A stretch of DNA of 63,334 nucleotides, the filler included, from Candidatus Lindowbacteria bacterium RIFCSPLOWO2_12_FULL_62_27 (GTDB lineage Bacteria; Lindowbacteria; 2-12-FULL-62-27), in assembly GCA_001784175.1 (NCBI GenBank). It is 4 parts of 4 records of this genome, joined end to end, with 100 filler letters (N's around TTAATTAATTAA, not from the genome) between each part and the next. Parts side by side here need not be neighbours in the genome. Positions count along the whole stretch, not along the records: positions 19,144 to 50,255 come from MFPR01000010.1; 3 more parts are not named here. One strand, 5' to 3'. The translations under genes were made by a program, and so were the position numbers. Below, piece by piece: positions 37,884 to 47,703 of the stretch; positions within the stretch are counted from its first letter, which is position 1; each line of letters starts with the position of its first letter. Under the pieces are notes generated by a model that worked only from the letters and a program-made list of their open reading frames with translations, did not search any database and had not been told where the DNA came from.

Positions 37884-39794
37884 GTGCGCCAAGAAAGTTC
37901 ATCGGCGCTTGTGATAGATAAACACCCGCATAGAGCTTAGCCAGCAATGCGGAACCGAGTCTTGCGCGGCGTCGGGTAACCGACGGCGTGAAGCGTAGAC
38001 AGGGAGGGCGCAGGCCGTAACGCAAGTGAATGGATTGAGCCTCGAAAAGTCAACCCTTCCCGAAAGGGAAGCAGTCGTGGAAGCCGAGTCGCTTATTTGC
38101 GCCGAAGGCAATATGAGACGACCGAAACAACTGCAAGGTCGCGTAGTTCCACCGGGGTCGAAGACAACGGCATGCGTGCCAGTGAGAGCCGATGGGAACT
38201 TGGGAGATCCCGTCCGGTCCAGAAAGAGGTAGACGAGTCCGAGGGCAAACCGGAGGGCGAGTCGAAGCCGGAAGGGAAGTCGGATCGTCCCATAGTACCG
38301 CTGAAGGGAAGTAACGCTCCCGGAGGGAAAGGGACGACAAACCAACGCGTGTATGAGGGAACCATGGGAAACCCACAGAGGTTGCCAACCATGTCACCGA
38401 AACTGGTACGCATAGCGGAGAAGGCGAAACGGGAACCGAACACGGTATTTACATCCCTGGCCCATCTGATGGACACGGAACACCTGATGGAAGCATGGGT
38501 GAGAATCCGTAAAGATGGGGCAACAGGAGTTGACGGGATGACGGCCGGAGTCTACGGGGAGAAACTGGAAGAAAATCTCCAAGCCCTGCATGAGCGCCTG
38601 AGGAAAGGATCGTACCGCGCGCCGCTGGTCCGCCGCGCCAAGATTCCGAAGGAAGATGGAAGTTTTCGGGAACTTGGGATACCTACGCTGGAGGACAAGA
38701 TTGTGCAGAAGGCGGTCGCTATGATTCTGGAAGCCATTTACGAGAAGGATTTCAGGGAGTGTTCGTATGGTTTCCGTCCGGGTCATTCGGCGCACGAGGC
38801 ATTGGAGGTTCTCCGGAAAGCGATTTTGTTCGGGAAAGTGAACTGGGTACTGGATGCGGACATCAGCCGGTTTTTCGATGAGATGGATCATCGAAAGCTG
38901 ATGGAAATCGTCCGGCGTCGGGTCAATGATGGGCGAATTGTGCGGCTCATCGGCAAATGGCTCAAGGCTGTAGTGATGACCGAAGCGGGGATACAACCCC
39001 GCGAGCGGGGGACTCCGCAGGGTGGTGTGATCAGCCCGATACTGGCCAACATTTTCCTGCATCATGTTCTGGATGAATGGATGGAGGACGTTGTCTACGG
39101 TCGAATGTCCGGCGAGTGCCGATACATCCGATACGCGGATGATTTTCTCATCCTATTTCAGAAAGAAGCTGATGCAAGGAGGGTGCTGGCGGTGTTGCCC
39201 AAGCGACTTGGGAAATTCGGGTTGCGATTAAACGAAGGGAAGACAAAGCTCATCCGGTTTGGGCGATTTGCTAAGGAGAAAGAGTCTCGACAGAATCGAA
39301 AGCCGGAAACATTTGACTTCCTCGGATTCACTCACTACTGCGGAATGTCGGGTCATGGAAAGTTTCAGGTCATGCGTCAGACGCAACGAAAGCGATTCCA
39401 GAAAGCCGTCACGCGAGTTGTGGAATGGGTTAAATCAAACCGGTATCTGCCCCGGAAAGAACAGCATCGCCATCTCTGTAGGGTTCTGCGTGGACACTAT
39501 CAGTACTACGGTGTCACGGGAAACCTGCGGAGAATTAAGGGGTTCTTTTACAGGGTGACACGGGCGTGGTGTCAGTGGCTGAGGCGAAGAAGCCAACGCC
39601 ACACGCTTTCGTGGGAACGCTTCACGGAATACCTGAAACGATATCCATTACCGATCCCCTGCCTTCCCAAATCCTACGTTCATGCCGTCGCCAATCCATG
39701 AGTTGGGTTGAAGAGCCTCGTGCGGGAAACCTGCATGCGGGGTTCTGTGAGGGGCCGGCGGGGTCTTTAAAGTGCCCCGCCCGGTCTACTCGAC
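37884..39794 (+). mobile_element. Complete group II intron (probably bacterial class E-like, no endonuclease domain)
   Basis: 5' GTGCG at 37884; domain V GAGCCTCGTGCGGGAAACCTGCATGCGGGGTTC (~39713-39745); domain VI ending CTACTCGAC at 39794; RT ORF inside. Confidence 0.9.
38391..39701 (+). CDS. ltrA: Group II intron reverse transcriptase/maturase
   Basis: FTSLAH, GVDG, LGIPTLEDKIVQ, SYGFRPG, GTPQGGVISPILAN, RYADDF, FDFLGFTH, GHYQYYG; no HNH; start could be 38364. Confidence 0.95.
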   Translation: MSPKLVRIAEKAKREPNTVFTSLAHLMDTEHLMEAWVRIRKDGATGVDGMTAGVYGEKLEENLQALHERLRKGSYRAPLVRRAKIPKEDGSFRELGIPTLEDKIVQKAVAMILEAIYEKDFRECSYGFRPGHSAHEALEVLRKAILFGKVNWVLDADISRFFDEMDHRKLMEIVRRRVNDGRIVRLIGKWLKAVVMTEAGIQPRERGTPQGGVISPILANIFLHHVLDEWMEDVVYGRMSGECRYIRYADDFLILFQKEADARRVLAVLPKRLGKFGLRLNEGKTKLIRFGRFAKEKESRQNRKPETFDFLGFTHYCGMSGHGKFQVMRQTQRKRFQKAVTRVVEWVKSNRYLPRKEQHRHLCRVLRGHYQYYGVTGNLRRIKGFFYRVTRAWCQWLRRRSQRHTLSWERFTEYLKRYPLPIPCLPKSYVHAVANP

Positions 39795-39842
39795 TACAAA
39801 TACTGAATCGGGACAAATGTGTAAATGTGTCAACCTGACACC
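39795..39842 (-). repeat. Right part of the palindromic element split by the intron (left part at 37863-37883)
   Basis: Reverse complement reads GGTGTCAGGTTGACACATTTACACATTTGTCCCG; the left flank reads GGTGCCAGGTTGCCTCTTTTA. Confidence 0.85.
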
Positions 39843-39927
39843 ATGACCCATGACCCACCATGACCAAGCCGAAGACGGGGCGGGAGAAAACCGCCATGAC
39901 ACAGGTCTGGCTGACGGCGTCCGCATA

Positions 39928-40000
39928 GCGGAAGCAGGGGTCCAGTCGCCGTATCCGAGCGGGGGACAGCCTCTGGATTCCCGCTTTCGCGGGAATGACG
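39928..40000. repeat. CGTC-type REP doublet (one copy degenerate)
   Basis: GCGGAAGCAGGGGTCCAG...CTGGATTCCCGCTTTCGCGGGAATGACG. Confidence 0.7.
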
Positions 40001-40062
40001 AGCGGGACAAGTCAACCATTATCTGCTCCCCTTAGCATTGTGGAATTATTGAGTCAGGCATT

Positions 40063-40146
40063 TCTAATGGGAGCCCCCTCACCCCAACCCTCTCCCCCTT
40101 CGGGGGAGAGGGAGAGGGTGGGCGGGTTGAATGGGCTCTCATTAGA
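40063..40146. repeat. REP-like hairpin (CCCTCACCCCAACCCTCTCCC...GGGAGAGGG) inside a longer inverted repeat
   Basis: Outer arms TCTAATGGGAGCCC / GGGCTCTCATTAGA. Confidence 0.7.
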
Positions 40147-40314
40147 CATCCCGCTATCAATAACCCGCATATCCTGCGCTCCGCCGGAGGCGGGAGAGGG
40201 GGATTCCATTTTTTTTGCGCATTTTTCACATATTTGCGTGTAGAAAATCCGCCCCTGTGCCGATAGGTAGGGATACGGGTGTGAGCACCGACACGAAAGG
40301 GGCTCTCGAGAGAA

Positions 40315-42465
40315 ATGTGGACTTATTATACGGCCGTGGTGCTGGTGGGGATCGGTTTTTTGACCATTGGACTTTTGTGGACCCTGGCGGCGCTGGGGGC
40401 GGGTCTTGGGTTGTTTTTCGGATATCGAAATCGTGACGCCGTAATTGCCAAACTCCGGCAGTCGCCGGAGGACATCGGAAAATTTCTCAGACAGACATTC
40501 CGGCGCGCTCCCGCAGCGCGCGCGCGGACCGTCGAGCAGGCGGACCGGCGGTGGCTGTTTCCGGAAACGCGGATGCAGGACATCCGCAAGGAGGGCTTTG
40601 AGGCGCTGAGCGAAAGTTTTCTGCTGCTCAAGCGCCTTGCGCCGTACCATTCCGCCGCGCTGTTCGAATACGACACCGACACGCGGCTGGCCTATCCCCG
40701 CATCTATAGCACGTCGTCGGACACGTTCCGCCGGGACGCGCTCGTGTCGGTGAGCGACGGCGTGGTCGGATACTGCCTGTCGTCCGGCAAGACCGTACAC
40801 TACGCGGACTTCAAGGGCGACGCGCGCCTTCTCGGGTACTACACCGGCTCGGAGGAAATCCGGTCGGTGCTCGTGGTCCCGCTGGACCGCGCGCAGCGGC
40901 GGCTGGGCGCGCTGGCGCTCGACGCGAAATCTCCGGACGCGTTCGCGGCCCGGATGGAGGAAATCACGCATCTGGCCAACGTCCTCGCGGAACTTCTGGT
41001 CCGCGTTCAGCGCGAGGAGACGCTGCTCATGCGCCTGGAGGAGGACCGGACGCTGAAGGCGATGACCGAGCGGATGGCGAAGGCAGGGGTGTCGATCGAA
41101 GACGTGGCCGACAGTCTCTGCAAACTGGCGAAGGAGGTCTTCCCGGCCGACCGCGTGACGTTTGTGGTCTTCGACGATCCCGCGTCGACGCCGCTGGGAA
41201 GCGTCGCGGCCGCCGGTGGTTCCGTTACGGATTCGTCGATCGTTCGGTTTCGCAGCCTCAAGATGCTGGACCGGTACGTGGAGCTGGTGAGCCGGACGCA
41301 GAAGGCGATCCGCCTGGACGACCTCTGGGAGAACGGGCTCATGTCCCTGGCGACCGGCCAGACCGGCCTGACGACGCGGTCGATTTTGGCCGCGCCGTTT
41401 GTGTTTGAGTCGCACGTCGTGGGCGTCGTGCTGGTGGAGGCGGACCGCCGCCGGGCCTTCACGACCTTTCACGAAACCGCGATCGGAGAACTCGTGCAGC
41501 ACGCCGCGACGGCCGTCGCGCGGGCCATCGAGTATGGGCGGATGGAAAAAACCTGCGCGATCGCCGATGTCGTCCCGGCGGCGGCGGACTGCATCTTCAG
41601 CGAGCCGACCCTCGCGCCCGTGCTCGATCTTCTGAAAAGCCGGTTCGGCGTGGCCGGCAAGGTATACGAAGTGGTCGCCGCCAAGACGGGCGAAGTGCGT
41701 CTGAGGCCGTGGGAGGACCCCGAGTCCGAGCCGGTCGACACGTCGCTCTTCCAGAAAAACGCGATCGAGACCCGGTCCGCGCTCCTGCGCACGGACGGCA
41801 AAGTCTCGCCGGCGAAGGAAGCGTCCGGAGAGATTCCGGCCGGCAGCGACCTGGTGTTTCCGCTGAGCGCGGGCCAGAATGCCCAGTGGCCGCTCGGTCT
41901 TTTGTGCGTGTCGGTGAAATCGCCGCTGCGCCCGGAGAGCGTCCTGATTCTGGACCGGATCCGGTCGCTGATCCAGATCCGGCTGGTCCTGGAACGGCGA
42001 GAACGGCAGTTCGGTTTTCTGAAAGTGCGCGACCCGCTGACCGGCGTCTATCACACGGCGTCCTTCGAGAAAAAACTGGAGGATCGAATCCGCCGGGCCA
42101 AACCGACGGGGGAGCGGTTTCATTTCCTTCTCGTGCAACCCGGCCGGATGCCGGCCGTCAAGCGGACGCACGGATTTGCGGAATTCGCGCGCCGGTACGC
42201 GTCGCTCTGTTCCGAGATCGAGCGACTGTGCGGCCCGCACGCGACCGTGGGCCGGGTGGGCCCGGACCATGTCGGCGTGATCTGGGAGGAAGGCGCGGAG
42301 GCGCTTCGCCCGGTGCGCCAGCAGATCGAGAAGCTGTCCGAACCGCTGGGGTTCGAGGTGCAGACTGGCGTGTCGGAGTTTCCGTCGGCGGACGGCGTGT
42401 GGGCGCTGATCGAAACGGCAGCGCAGGCGTCGCTGCCCGCCCCCGCTGAGGCCTCGACCGCCTGA
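40315..42465 (+). CDS. Membrane multi-GAF protein with a degenerate GGDEF-like domain
   Basis: N-terminal TM; GAF motifs (RSVLVVPL, SILAAPF); RDPLTGVY...GRVGPDHV in place of GGDEF. Confidence 0.7.
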   Translation: MWTYYTAVVLVGIGFLTIGLLWTLAALGAGLGLFFGYRNRDAVIAKLRQSPEDIGKFLRQTFRRAPAARARTVEQADRRWLFPETRMQDIRKEGFEALSESFLLLKRLAPYHSAALFEYDTDTRLAYPRIYSTSSDTFRRDALVSVSDGVVGYCLSSGKTVHYADFKGDARLLGYYTGSEEIRSVLVVPLDRAQRRLGALALDAKSPDAFAARMEEITHLANVLAELLVRVQREETLLMRLEEDRTLKAMTERMAKAGVSIEDVADSLCKLAKEVFPADRVTFVVFDDPASTPLGSVAAAGGSVTDSSIVRFRSLKMLDRYVELVSRTQKAIRLDDLWENGLMSLATGQTGLTTRSILAAPFVFESHVVGVVLVEADRRRAFTTFHETAIGELVQHAATAVARAIEYGRMEKTCAIADVVPAAADCIFSEPTLAPVLDLLKSRFGVAGKVYEVVAAKTGEVRLRPWEDPESEPVDTSLFQKNAIETRSALLRTDGKVSPAKEASGEIPAGSDLVFPLSAGQNAQWPLGLLCVSVKSPLRPESVLILDRIRSLIQIRLVLERRERQFGFLKVRDPLTGVYHTASFEKKLEDRIRRAKPTGERFHFLLVQPGRMPAVKRTHGFAEFARRYASLCSEIERLCGPHATVGRVGPDHVGVIWEEGAEALRPVRQQIEKLSEPLGFEVQTGVSEFPSADGVWALIETAAQASLPAPAEASTA

Positions 42466-42517
42466 CGGGGCGGCCGGACGGTTGAATCCCGCACGGGGAT
42501 TTGGGATCATCCAACGT

Positions 42518-43231
42518 ATGAATCAGTCCCGATGCCTCCGAATGGCGCCGACCTGTCTTGCGATCCTGTGCATCGCGTGGGCCGCAAGTCCAGCGGCCGC
42601 GCAGTCGATCGAGAACCTGGTGCTTTCGAGGATGGGCGTGTCCGAGATTCTGCGGTATCTCGATGCGTCCGATCACAACAAGGGTCTGTCCGAGGAACAG
42701 GTTGCGGCCAAGTACATCATCGGGGAAATCCGGCCGGACGTGCCGATTCCGGCCCGCGTGTATCTCGAATGGAAGGCGCTGCCGCCGTCCGAGCAGCGAC
42801 AGCTCAAGGTCATCTGGTTCCGCGAGCATTACCGTCAGATCGACGTTGAGGATGTGAACAAGTACGTCAACGTCGATTACCTGAAGGCCCGCGCGAAGGA
42901 CGAATTCCGCGACAATCCCCTGGAGCGCGCGCCGAAAGAGGCGAAGGCGGAGAAAAAGCCGGAACCGAAACCGTCCAAAGTGAAGAAAAAACTGAAAGCC
43001 TCCCGGACGTGGACCGCCGTCACCGACACGGCGCTGGCGGATTTGAAACGGAGAATCCTCGCCAAGAAGAAAGCCGAGACGGGCGCCGTTGCCGCCCAGA
43101 AGCCGAAACCGGCCGTCGCCAAACCCGCGCGGATCGCCAAATCCGACACGGCCGCGCCGTCGGCGAAGTCCGAGTCTCCCCTGAAAAGCATCCAGTGGTA
43201 CGGCGTTCCGACGAAGATGAAAAATGAATAG
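42518..43231 (+). CDS. Secreted hypothetical protein
   Basis: Signal peptide; Lys/Pro-rich tail. Confidence 0.6.
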   Translation: MNQSRCLRMAPTCLAILCIAWAASPAAAQSIENLVLSRMGVSEILRYLDASDHNKGLSEEQVAAKYIIGEIRPDVPIPARVYLEWKALPPSEQRQLKVIWFREHYRQIDVEDVNKYVNVDYLKARAKDEFRDNPLERAPKEAKAEKKPEPKPSKVKKKLKASRTWTAVTDTALADLKRRILAKKKAETGAVAAQKPKPAVAKPARIAKSDTAAPSAKSESPLKSIQWYGVPTKMKNE

Positions 43232-44390
43232 GGGTATTCTGTCCCTCGGCGTTTTATTGTTGGGCTTTTCCTCCGCGGGCGCGCAGGTGACGGAGGTCGA
43301 TCCTGATCCCAAGGGCGTCGCGTCGGGCGTGTCCGGGCAGGTGTGGGTGCTTGAGCCGGAGGCGTCATCGCCGAAAGCGCTGGCCGATTCGGATCCCGTG
43401 TTTGAAGGCAGCCGGATCACGTCGGGCGAGGGCGCCTTTGTCGAAATTGATCTGATCGACGGCAGCGAACTCAAGATCGACGAGATGACGCAGGTGGACC
43501 TGTCGAACGTGGACGCGCAGCCCGAGTCGCTGGAGCGGATGGTGGACCTCTCGATGCTGTACGGGACGCTGCGCGTCTCGGTCCAGAACGGATTTTCCGA
43601 CCGGAGCGTTTTCAAGGTCGTGACGCCCGTGTCGGTGGCCGGCGTGCGCGGCACCGATTTTGCGGTCGAATACGAATCAGAGGACGAATCGCAGGTGGAC
43701 GTATTCGACGGCGAAGTCGTGGTCGGGCAGGAAGGCGCCAAGGAGACAGTCGAATCGGGCGAGTCGTCCCGCGTGGGCCGCGGCAAGGGCATCACCAAGG
43801 AGCGCCTGAAGGAGGACCGGCACGAGCGCTGGGAGCATTTCAAGGAGTCGATGCACGATCACCGGCAGGAGCGCGCCGAATCGGTCCTGCGTGAAAAGAT
43901 CGAGCGGGTCCGTGCGGAGAACCCCAACGATCCGCGCTTGGCCGGGCTCGAAAACGCATTGCAAAACGTGTCGAAAGACCGGACCGAGGCCCGGTCAAAG
44001 CTCGAGGCGCGCCGTGAAAAAATGAAAGACCGGCGGGAGGAGCGGCGCGGGCGGATGCGCGAGTTCGCGCAGAAACACGGCCGCGAGCGATTCGAGGAGG
44101 CGCGCAAGTTCCGCGGCGGCGCCATGACGCCGGAGGAGCGAAAGGCCGCGCAGGAAAAAATGGGCGAACGCCGCCGGCAGGCGCGGGAGAAGGCGGTGGA
44201 ACAGCATCAGAAGCGCCGGGAGAAAATCAAGGACCGGCGTGAGGAAAAGAAGGATCAGAAACAGGAGGGGCTGAAAGACCGCCGCGAGAATCGCCAGGAC
44301 CAGATGAAAGACCGCCGCGATCAGCGCCGCGACAAGATGCAGGACAAGCGCGAGCAGAGGAAAGACACCCGCCAAAAGCACCGGCGTTAA
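43224..44390 (+). CDS. FecR-domain protein with a charged coiled-coil tail
   Basis: FKVVTPVSVAGVRGTDFAV...VDVFDGEV. Confidence 0.8.
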   Translation: MNRGILSLGVLLLGFSSAGAQVTEVDPDPKGVASGVSGQVWVLEPEASSPKALADSDPVFEGSRITSGEGAFVEIDLIDGSELKIDEMTQVDLSNVDAQPESLERMVDLSMLYGTLRVSVQNGFSDRSVFKVVTPVSVAGVRGTDFAVEYESEDESQVDVFDGEVVVGQEGAKETVESGESSRVGRGKGITKERLKEDRHERWEHFKESMHDHRQERAESVLREKIERVRAENPNDPRLAGLENALQNVSKDRTEARSKLEARREKMKDRREERRGRMREFAQKHGRERFEEARKFRGGAMTPEERKAAQEKMGERRRQAREKAVEQHQKRREKIKDRREEKKDQKQEGLKDRRENRQDQMKDRRDQRRDKMQDKREQRKDTRQKHRR

Positions 44391-46105
44391 GAGGGTTTCG
44401 TCTCCACCACGTACTTCTCCATAAACAGCGCGTCGAGCTGGCTCTGCAGAAACGCGTCGACGCAGTCTTCCGCCGAGCAGACGATGGGTTCCTCGTGCAT
44501 GTTGTAGCTGGTGTTGATGAGGATGTTCAGGCGCGAGAGCCTTTCGTATTCGACCAGCATGCGGTGCATTTCGGGCTGTGGGTGTTTGCGGATGATTTGT
44601 GGGCGCGCGGTGTTGTCGACGTGAACGATGGCCGGCGCTTCCTTGCGGCATCGCTCGTTGGCGTAGAGCGTGGTCGTCATGAACTCGAGCGGGTAAAGGC
44701 ATTTTTCGTAATCGACGAAATAGTCCTTTAATTTTTCCTCCAGCAAAATCGGCGCGAACGGCATGAACTCGCTTCGATTGAGGCGTTTGTTCAGCCAGTC
44801 GTTCACCGTGGGGTCGGTCGCCTGGTAGAGGATGGACCGGTGGCAGAGCGCGCGCGGGCCGTACTCCATGGGGCCGCGACACCATGCGACGCATTTGCCC
44901 GCCGCCAGCATCCGGGCCGCCTCCAACTCCGGCGCGTCGACGACGCGGTACGAGAGGGCGTGTCGTTCCAATGCGGCTTGGATGGACGATTCTGTCATGC
45001 CCGGCCCGAAATAGACGTGGTCGAGCCGCCGCGGTCTGGACGTTTCCGGTTCGGCCCTCGCGTGGACGTGGAGGGCGCTGCCGGCCGCAAGTCCTCCGTC
45101 GCCCATGTGCGGATGAATGAACATCTCGTCGACCTGCGGGATTTTTGCGATTTCCTGATTAAGCCGGACATTGGCGAAGACGCCGCCGGCGAGGCAGATT
45201 TTCGCGCGGCCGATCCCCAGTTTCGCGTAGGCGTCCTTCACGAAATCGCAGACGGTCTCCTCGAGACTTTTCTGAACGCCGGCCGAAACGTCCTCGCGGG
45301 ACAGGCCCTTGAGTTTTTCAGTGAGAAACGCGATCTGTGGTTCGCGGTAACGCCCGTAATTGTGAAACCGGAACCGGCCCGGCTCGTAGCGGATCTGCGA
45401 CCGGAAGAAGTCAATGGTCCTGTTCGGATCGCCGCGCGCCGCCAGCCCGGTGACCTTGCCCTCGCGCCCCGGTTTAAATCCGAGAATTTTGTTGATGTAC
45501 GAATAATAGAGTCCCGGCGAGTGGTAGAAGGGCACGCGGTTGACCGGCCGCATCCGCGCGCCCTCGCAGAGCGCGACGCGGGAGCAGAGGCCGTCGCCCG
45601 AGGCGTCGACCGTCAGCGCGATCGCGCGGTCCCAGCCGCTCGTGTAGTACGCGGACGCGAGATGCCCGATGTGGTGGTCGACGACCTTGATCGGCGCGTT
45701 CACGCCAAGTTCGGCGAGGCGCCGGCGCGTCTGAAACATCCGCGGCAGAAGAAACATCGACACGTGCGCGGCCAGCACCAGCCGGATCCCGAGGTCCGTC
45801 CCGAAAAACCAGCGGTCGAGCCGCGTCGACTGTAGAATGGACAGGACCGTTTCGTAAAAGCCAGGATGCGGTTCCCAGTCCCACACGTATTCGGGAATGT
45901 GGATGTAGCTCGCCAGCGCGACGAGATCGACCTCGTGCGGCTTGAGGCCCGACGTCTGAAACGCCTCCCGGATCGACTCGGCCGGGAAACACGTCGCCAG
46001 TTTCCGCCGGTTGTACCGCTCCTCGTTCGAGGCCGCGACGATCTCGCCGTCGACGACCAGCGCCGCCCCGCTGTCATGTTCCGCGCTCACGCCGAGGACT
46101 TTCAT
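44387..46105 (-). CDS. Carbamoyltransferase (NodU/CmcH family)
   Basis: HDSGAAL, HHIGH.ASAY, EGKVTGLAARG, EYGPRAL.HRSIL, FMPFAP, HVDNTAR, NTSYNMHEEP. Confidence 0.92.
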   Translation of the reverse strand: MKVLGVSAEHDSGAALVVDGEIVAASNEERYNRRKLATCFPAESIREAFQTSGLKPHEVDLVALASYIHIPEYVWDWEPHPGFYETVLSILQSTRLDRWFFGTDLGIRLVLAAHVSMFLLPRMFQTRRRLAELGVNAPIKVVDHHIGHLASAYYTSGWDRAIALTVDASGDGLCSRVALCEGARMRPVNRVPFYHSPGLYYSYINKILGFKPGREGKVTGLAARGDPNRTIDFFRSQIRYEPGRFRFHNYGRYREPQIAFLTEKLKGLSREDVSAGVQKSLEETVCDFVKDAYAKLGIGRAKICLAGGVFANVRLNQEIAKIPQVDEMFIHPHMGDGGLAAGSALHVHARAEPETSRPRRLDHVYFGPGMTESSIQAALERHALSYRVVDAPELEAARMLAAGKCVAWCRGPMEYGPRALCHRSILYQATDPTVNDWLNKRLNRSEFMPFAPILLEEKLKDYFVDYEKCLYPLEFMTTTLYANERCRKEAPAIVHVDNTARPQIIRKHPQPEMHRMLVEYERLSRLNILINTSYNMHEEPIVCSAEDCVDAFLQSQLDALFMEKYVVETKPS

Positions 46106-47700
46106 CGGACGTCGTACACCTCGATCCGGCCCATCCCCTTGCGTTTGAGTTCCACCCGCCAATTGCCGCTGCGCATGAAGTAACCCCAATCCAGGAAAAG
46201 GCCTGTCGATGGGTAGACCCGTCCCTCAAACACCTGATCCGGCCGATGCGATTCCATCAGCTTTCGAACGGACGCGTACGGATAGGAGTAGGTGGCCTGG
46301 TATCGGTCGATGACCCAAAGGCCGGGCGCGACCGCCGGCGCGGTGTCGCCTGACGGCACAAGTTCCGCTCTGTTTTTTCCAAGGTAATACCGCACCGCCA
46401 TCGGGTTGGTCGCGTAGACGGTCGCGGAGGCCTCCTGGCCCGCCAGCCATCGGCCGGCGGCCGGCCAGGCCGAGGACACACGGGTTTCCTGCCACGCGCT
46501 GAATGCGCCGAGGGCGACGAGCGCCGAAATCAAGCCGGCCACGGATTTTCTAGCCCAGTCAGGCACGATCATCGAATTAAACCAAGCGGCATATTCCATC
46601 CATCCGAAAGCCGAAACGATAGCAAAAAACGGAATGCTTGTCATGACCGCCCTCGGCCCGTCCCCCCGCGTCACGAGACTGAATCCCATGAGCGGCACCC
46701 ACGCTAAAAGGCATACCAGCCGCCGGACCGGACAGCGCGTCCGGACCGTGGCCCAGAGGCCCAAGGCCATCCCGCCGGCCCACCAGAGCCAGTCGAGATA
46801 AATGTAGGATTGAAACATGCCGGCGTGCAGCCGGAACATCGCCCCCACCGGATTTTCGCCCGCCGGCACGTCCAGGAACAGCCGGGTCCAAAACCCCTGA
46901 AAATAGGTTTGGATCCCCTCCGGCAGGTCGCCTCCTCTCCATATATATATACGGTAGGGCAACTCGATGAGGGCGAGCGGGACGATCATCCCGGCGACGA
47001 GGATCGCCGCCCGCGGCAGGCTCCGGCGGCAGGACACGAAATCCCAGAGAAACACGAGCGGCAGGATCAGGACGCACCTGTAATTGACCCCGATCGCCAC
47101 GCCGTACGCAAGGCCAACGCCGAACAGCAGCGCGCCGGACAGCGCCGTGGCGCCGATGGGGGCGTCCCGCCGGAACCGGAGGGCCAGCGCGGCGTGGAGG
47201 AGGACGGCGGCGGTCATGAAAAAAATCGCGTCGGCCTCCGCAAGCTGCGACCGGCTGTACATCACGTGCGCGCGGGAGATGGCGCAAAGCAGCGCTGCGA
47301 GGATGGCCGTGCCGGCGGAGAAATATCGCGCGGTCCACAGCCCGACGATCGCGATCGTCAGCGTGCCCGTCACGGCCGCCCAGAGCGCCCCCGACCATTC
47401 ATCGCGCAGGCCGGTGACGATTGAGAAGGCGGCCATGAAAAATCCATGGAGATGTTTGGGCGTGAATCCCGGCGGCAGGCCGTCCATCTCGCGGATGAGA
47501 AACCCGGAATTCAGCCGCCCGTCGCGCCAGGCGTCGAGGATCGCGCCGCGTTTTTCGAAGACGTCGGTCCAGAATCTGACTTCCAGCATGTAATGCGGCT
47601 CGTCGTAGTGGCAGAATCCGTGGCCGGAGAGGTTCCAGGTGCGAAGGAAAAGTCCGAGACAGCAGGCCGCTAAAACGCCGGCGATGAGTTTTGGGCGCAG
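46102..47700 (-). CDS. ArnT/PMT-like (GT-C) membrane glycosyltransferase, start non-canonical or lost
   Basis: LFLRTWNL...HYDEPHY, multiple TM segments, HVMYSR..LAE; the reading frame extends 37 codons upstream of the first ATG (47589). Confidence 0.7.
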   Translation of the reverse strand: MRPKLIAGVLAACCLGLFLRTWNLSGHGFCHYDEPHYMLEVRFWTDVFEKRGAILDAWRDGRLNSGFLIREMDGLPPGFTPKHLHGFFMAAFSIVTGLRDEWSGALWAAVTGTLTIAIVGLWTARYFSAGTAILAALLCAISRAHVMYSRSQLAEADAIFFMTAAVLLHAALALRFRRDAPIGATALSGALLFGVGLAYGVAIGVNYRCVLILPLVFLWDFVSCRRSLPRAAILVAGMIVPLALIELPYRIYIWRGGDLPEGIQTYFQGFWTRLFLDVPAGENPVGAMFRLHAGMFQSYIYLDWLWWAGGMALGLWATVRTRCPVRRLVCLLAWVPLMGFSLVTRGDGPRAVMTSIPFFAIVSAFGWMEYAAWFNSMIVPDWARKSVAGLISALVALGAFSAWQETRVSSAWPAAGRWLAGQEASATVYATNPMAVRYYLGKNRAELVPSGDTAPAVAPGLWVIDRYQATYSYPYASVRKLMESHRPDQVFEGRVYPSTGLFLDWGYFMRSGNWRVELKRKGMGRIEVYDVR

Positions 47701-47703
47701 ATG

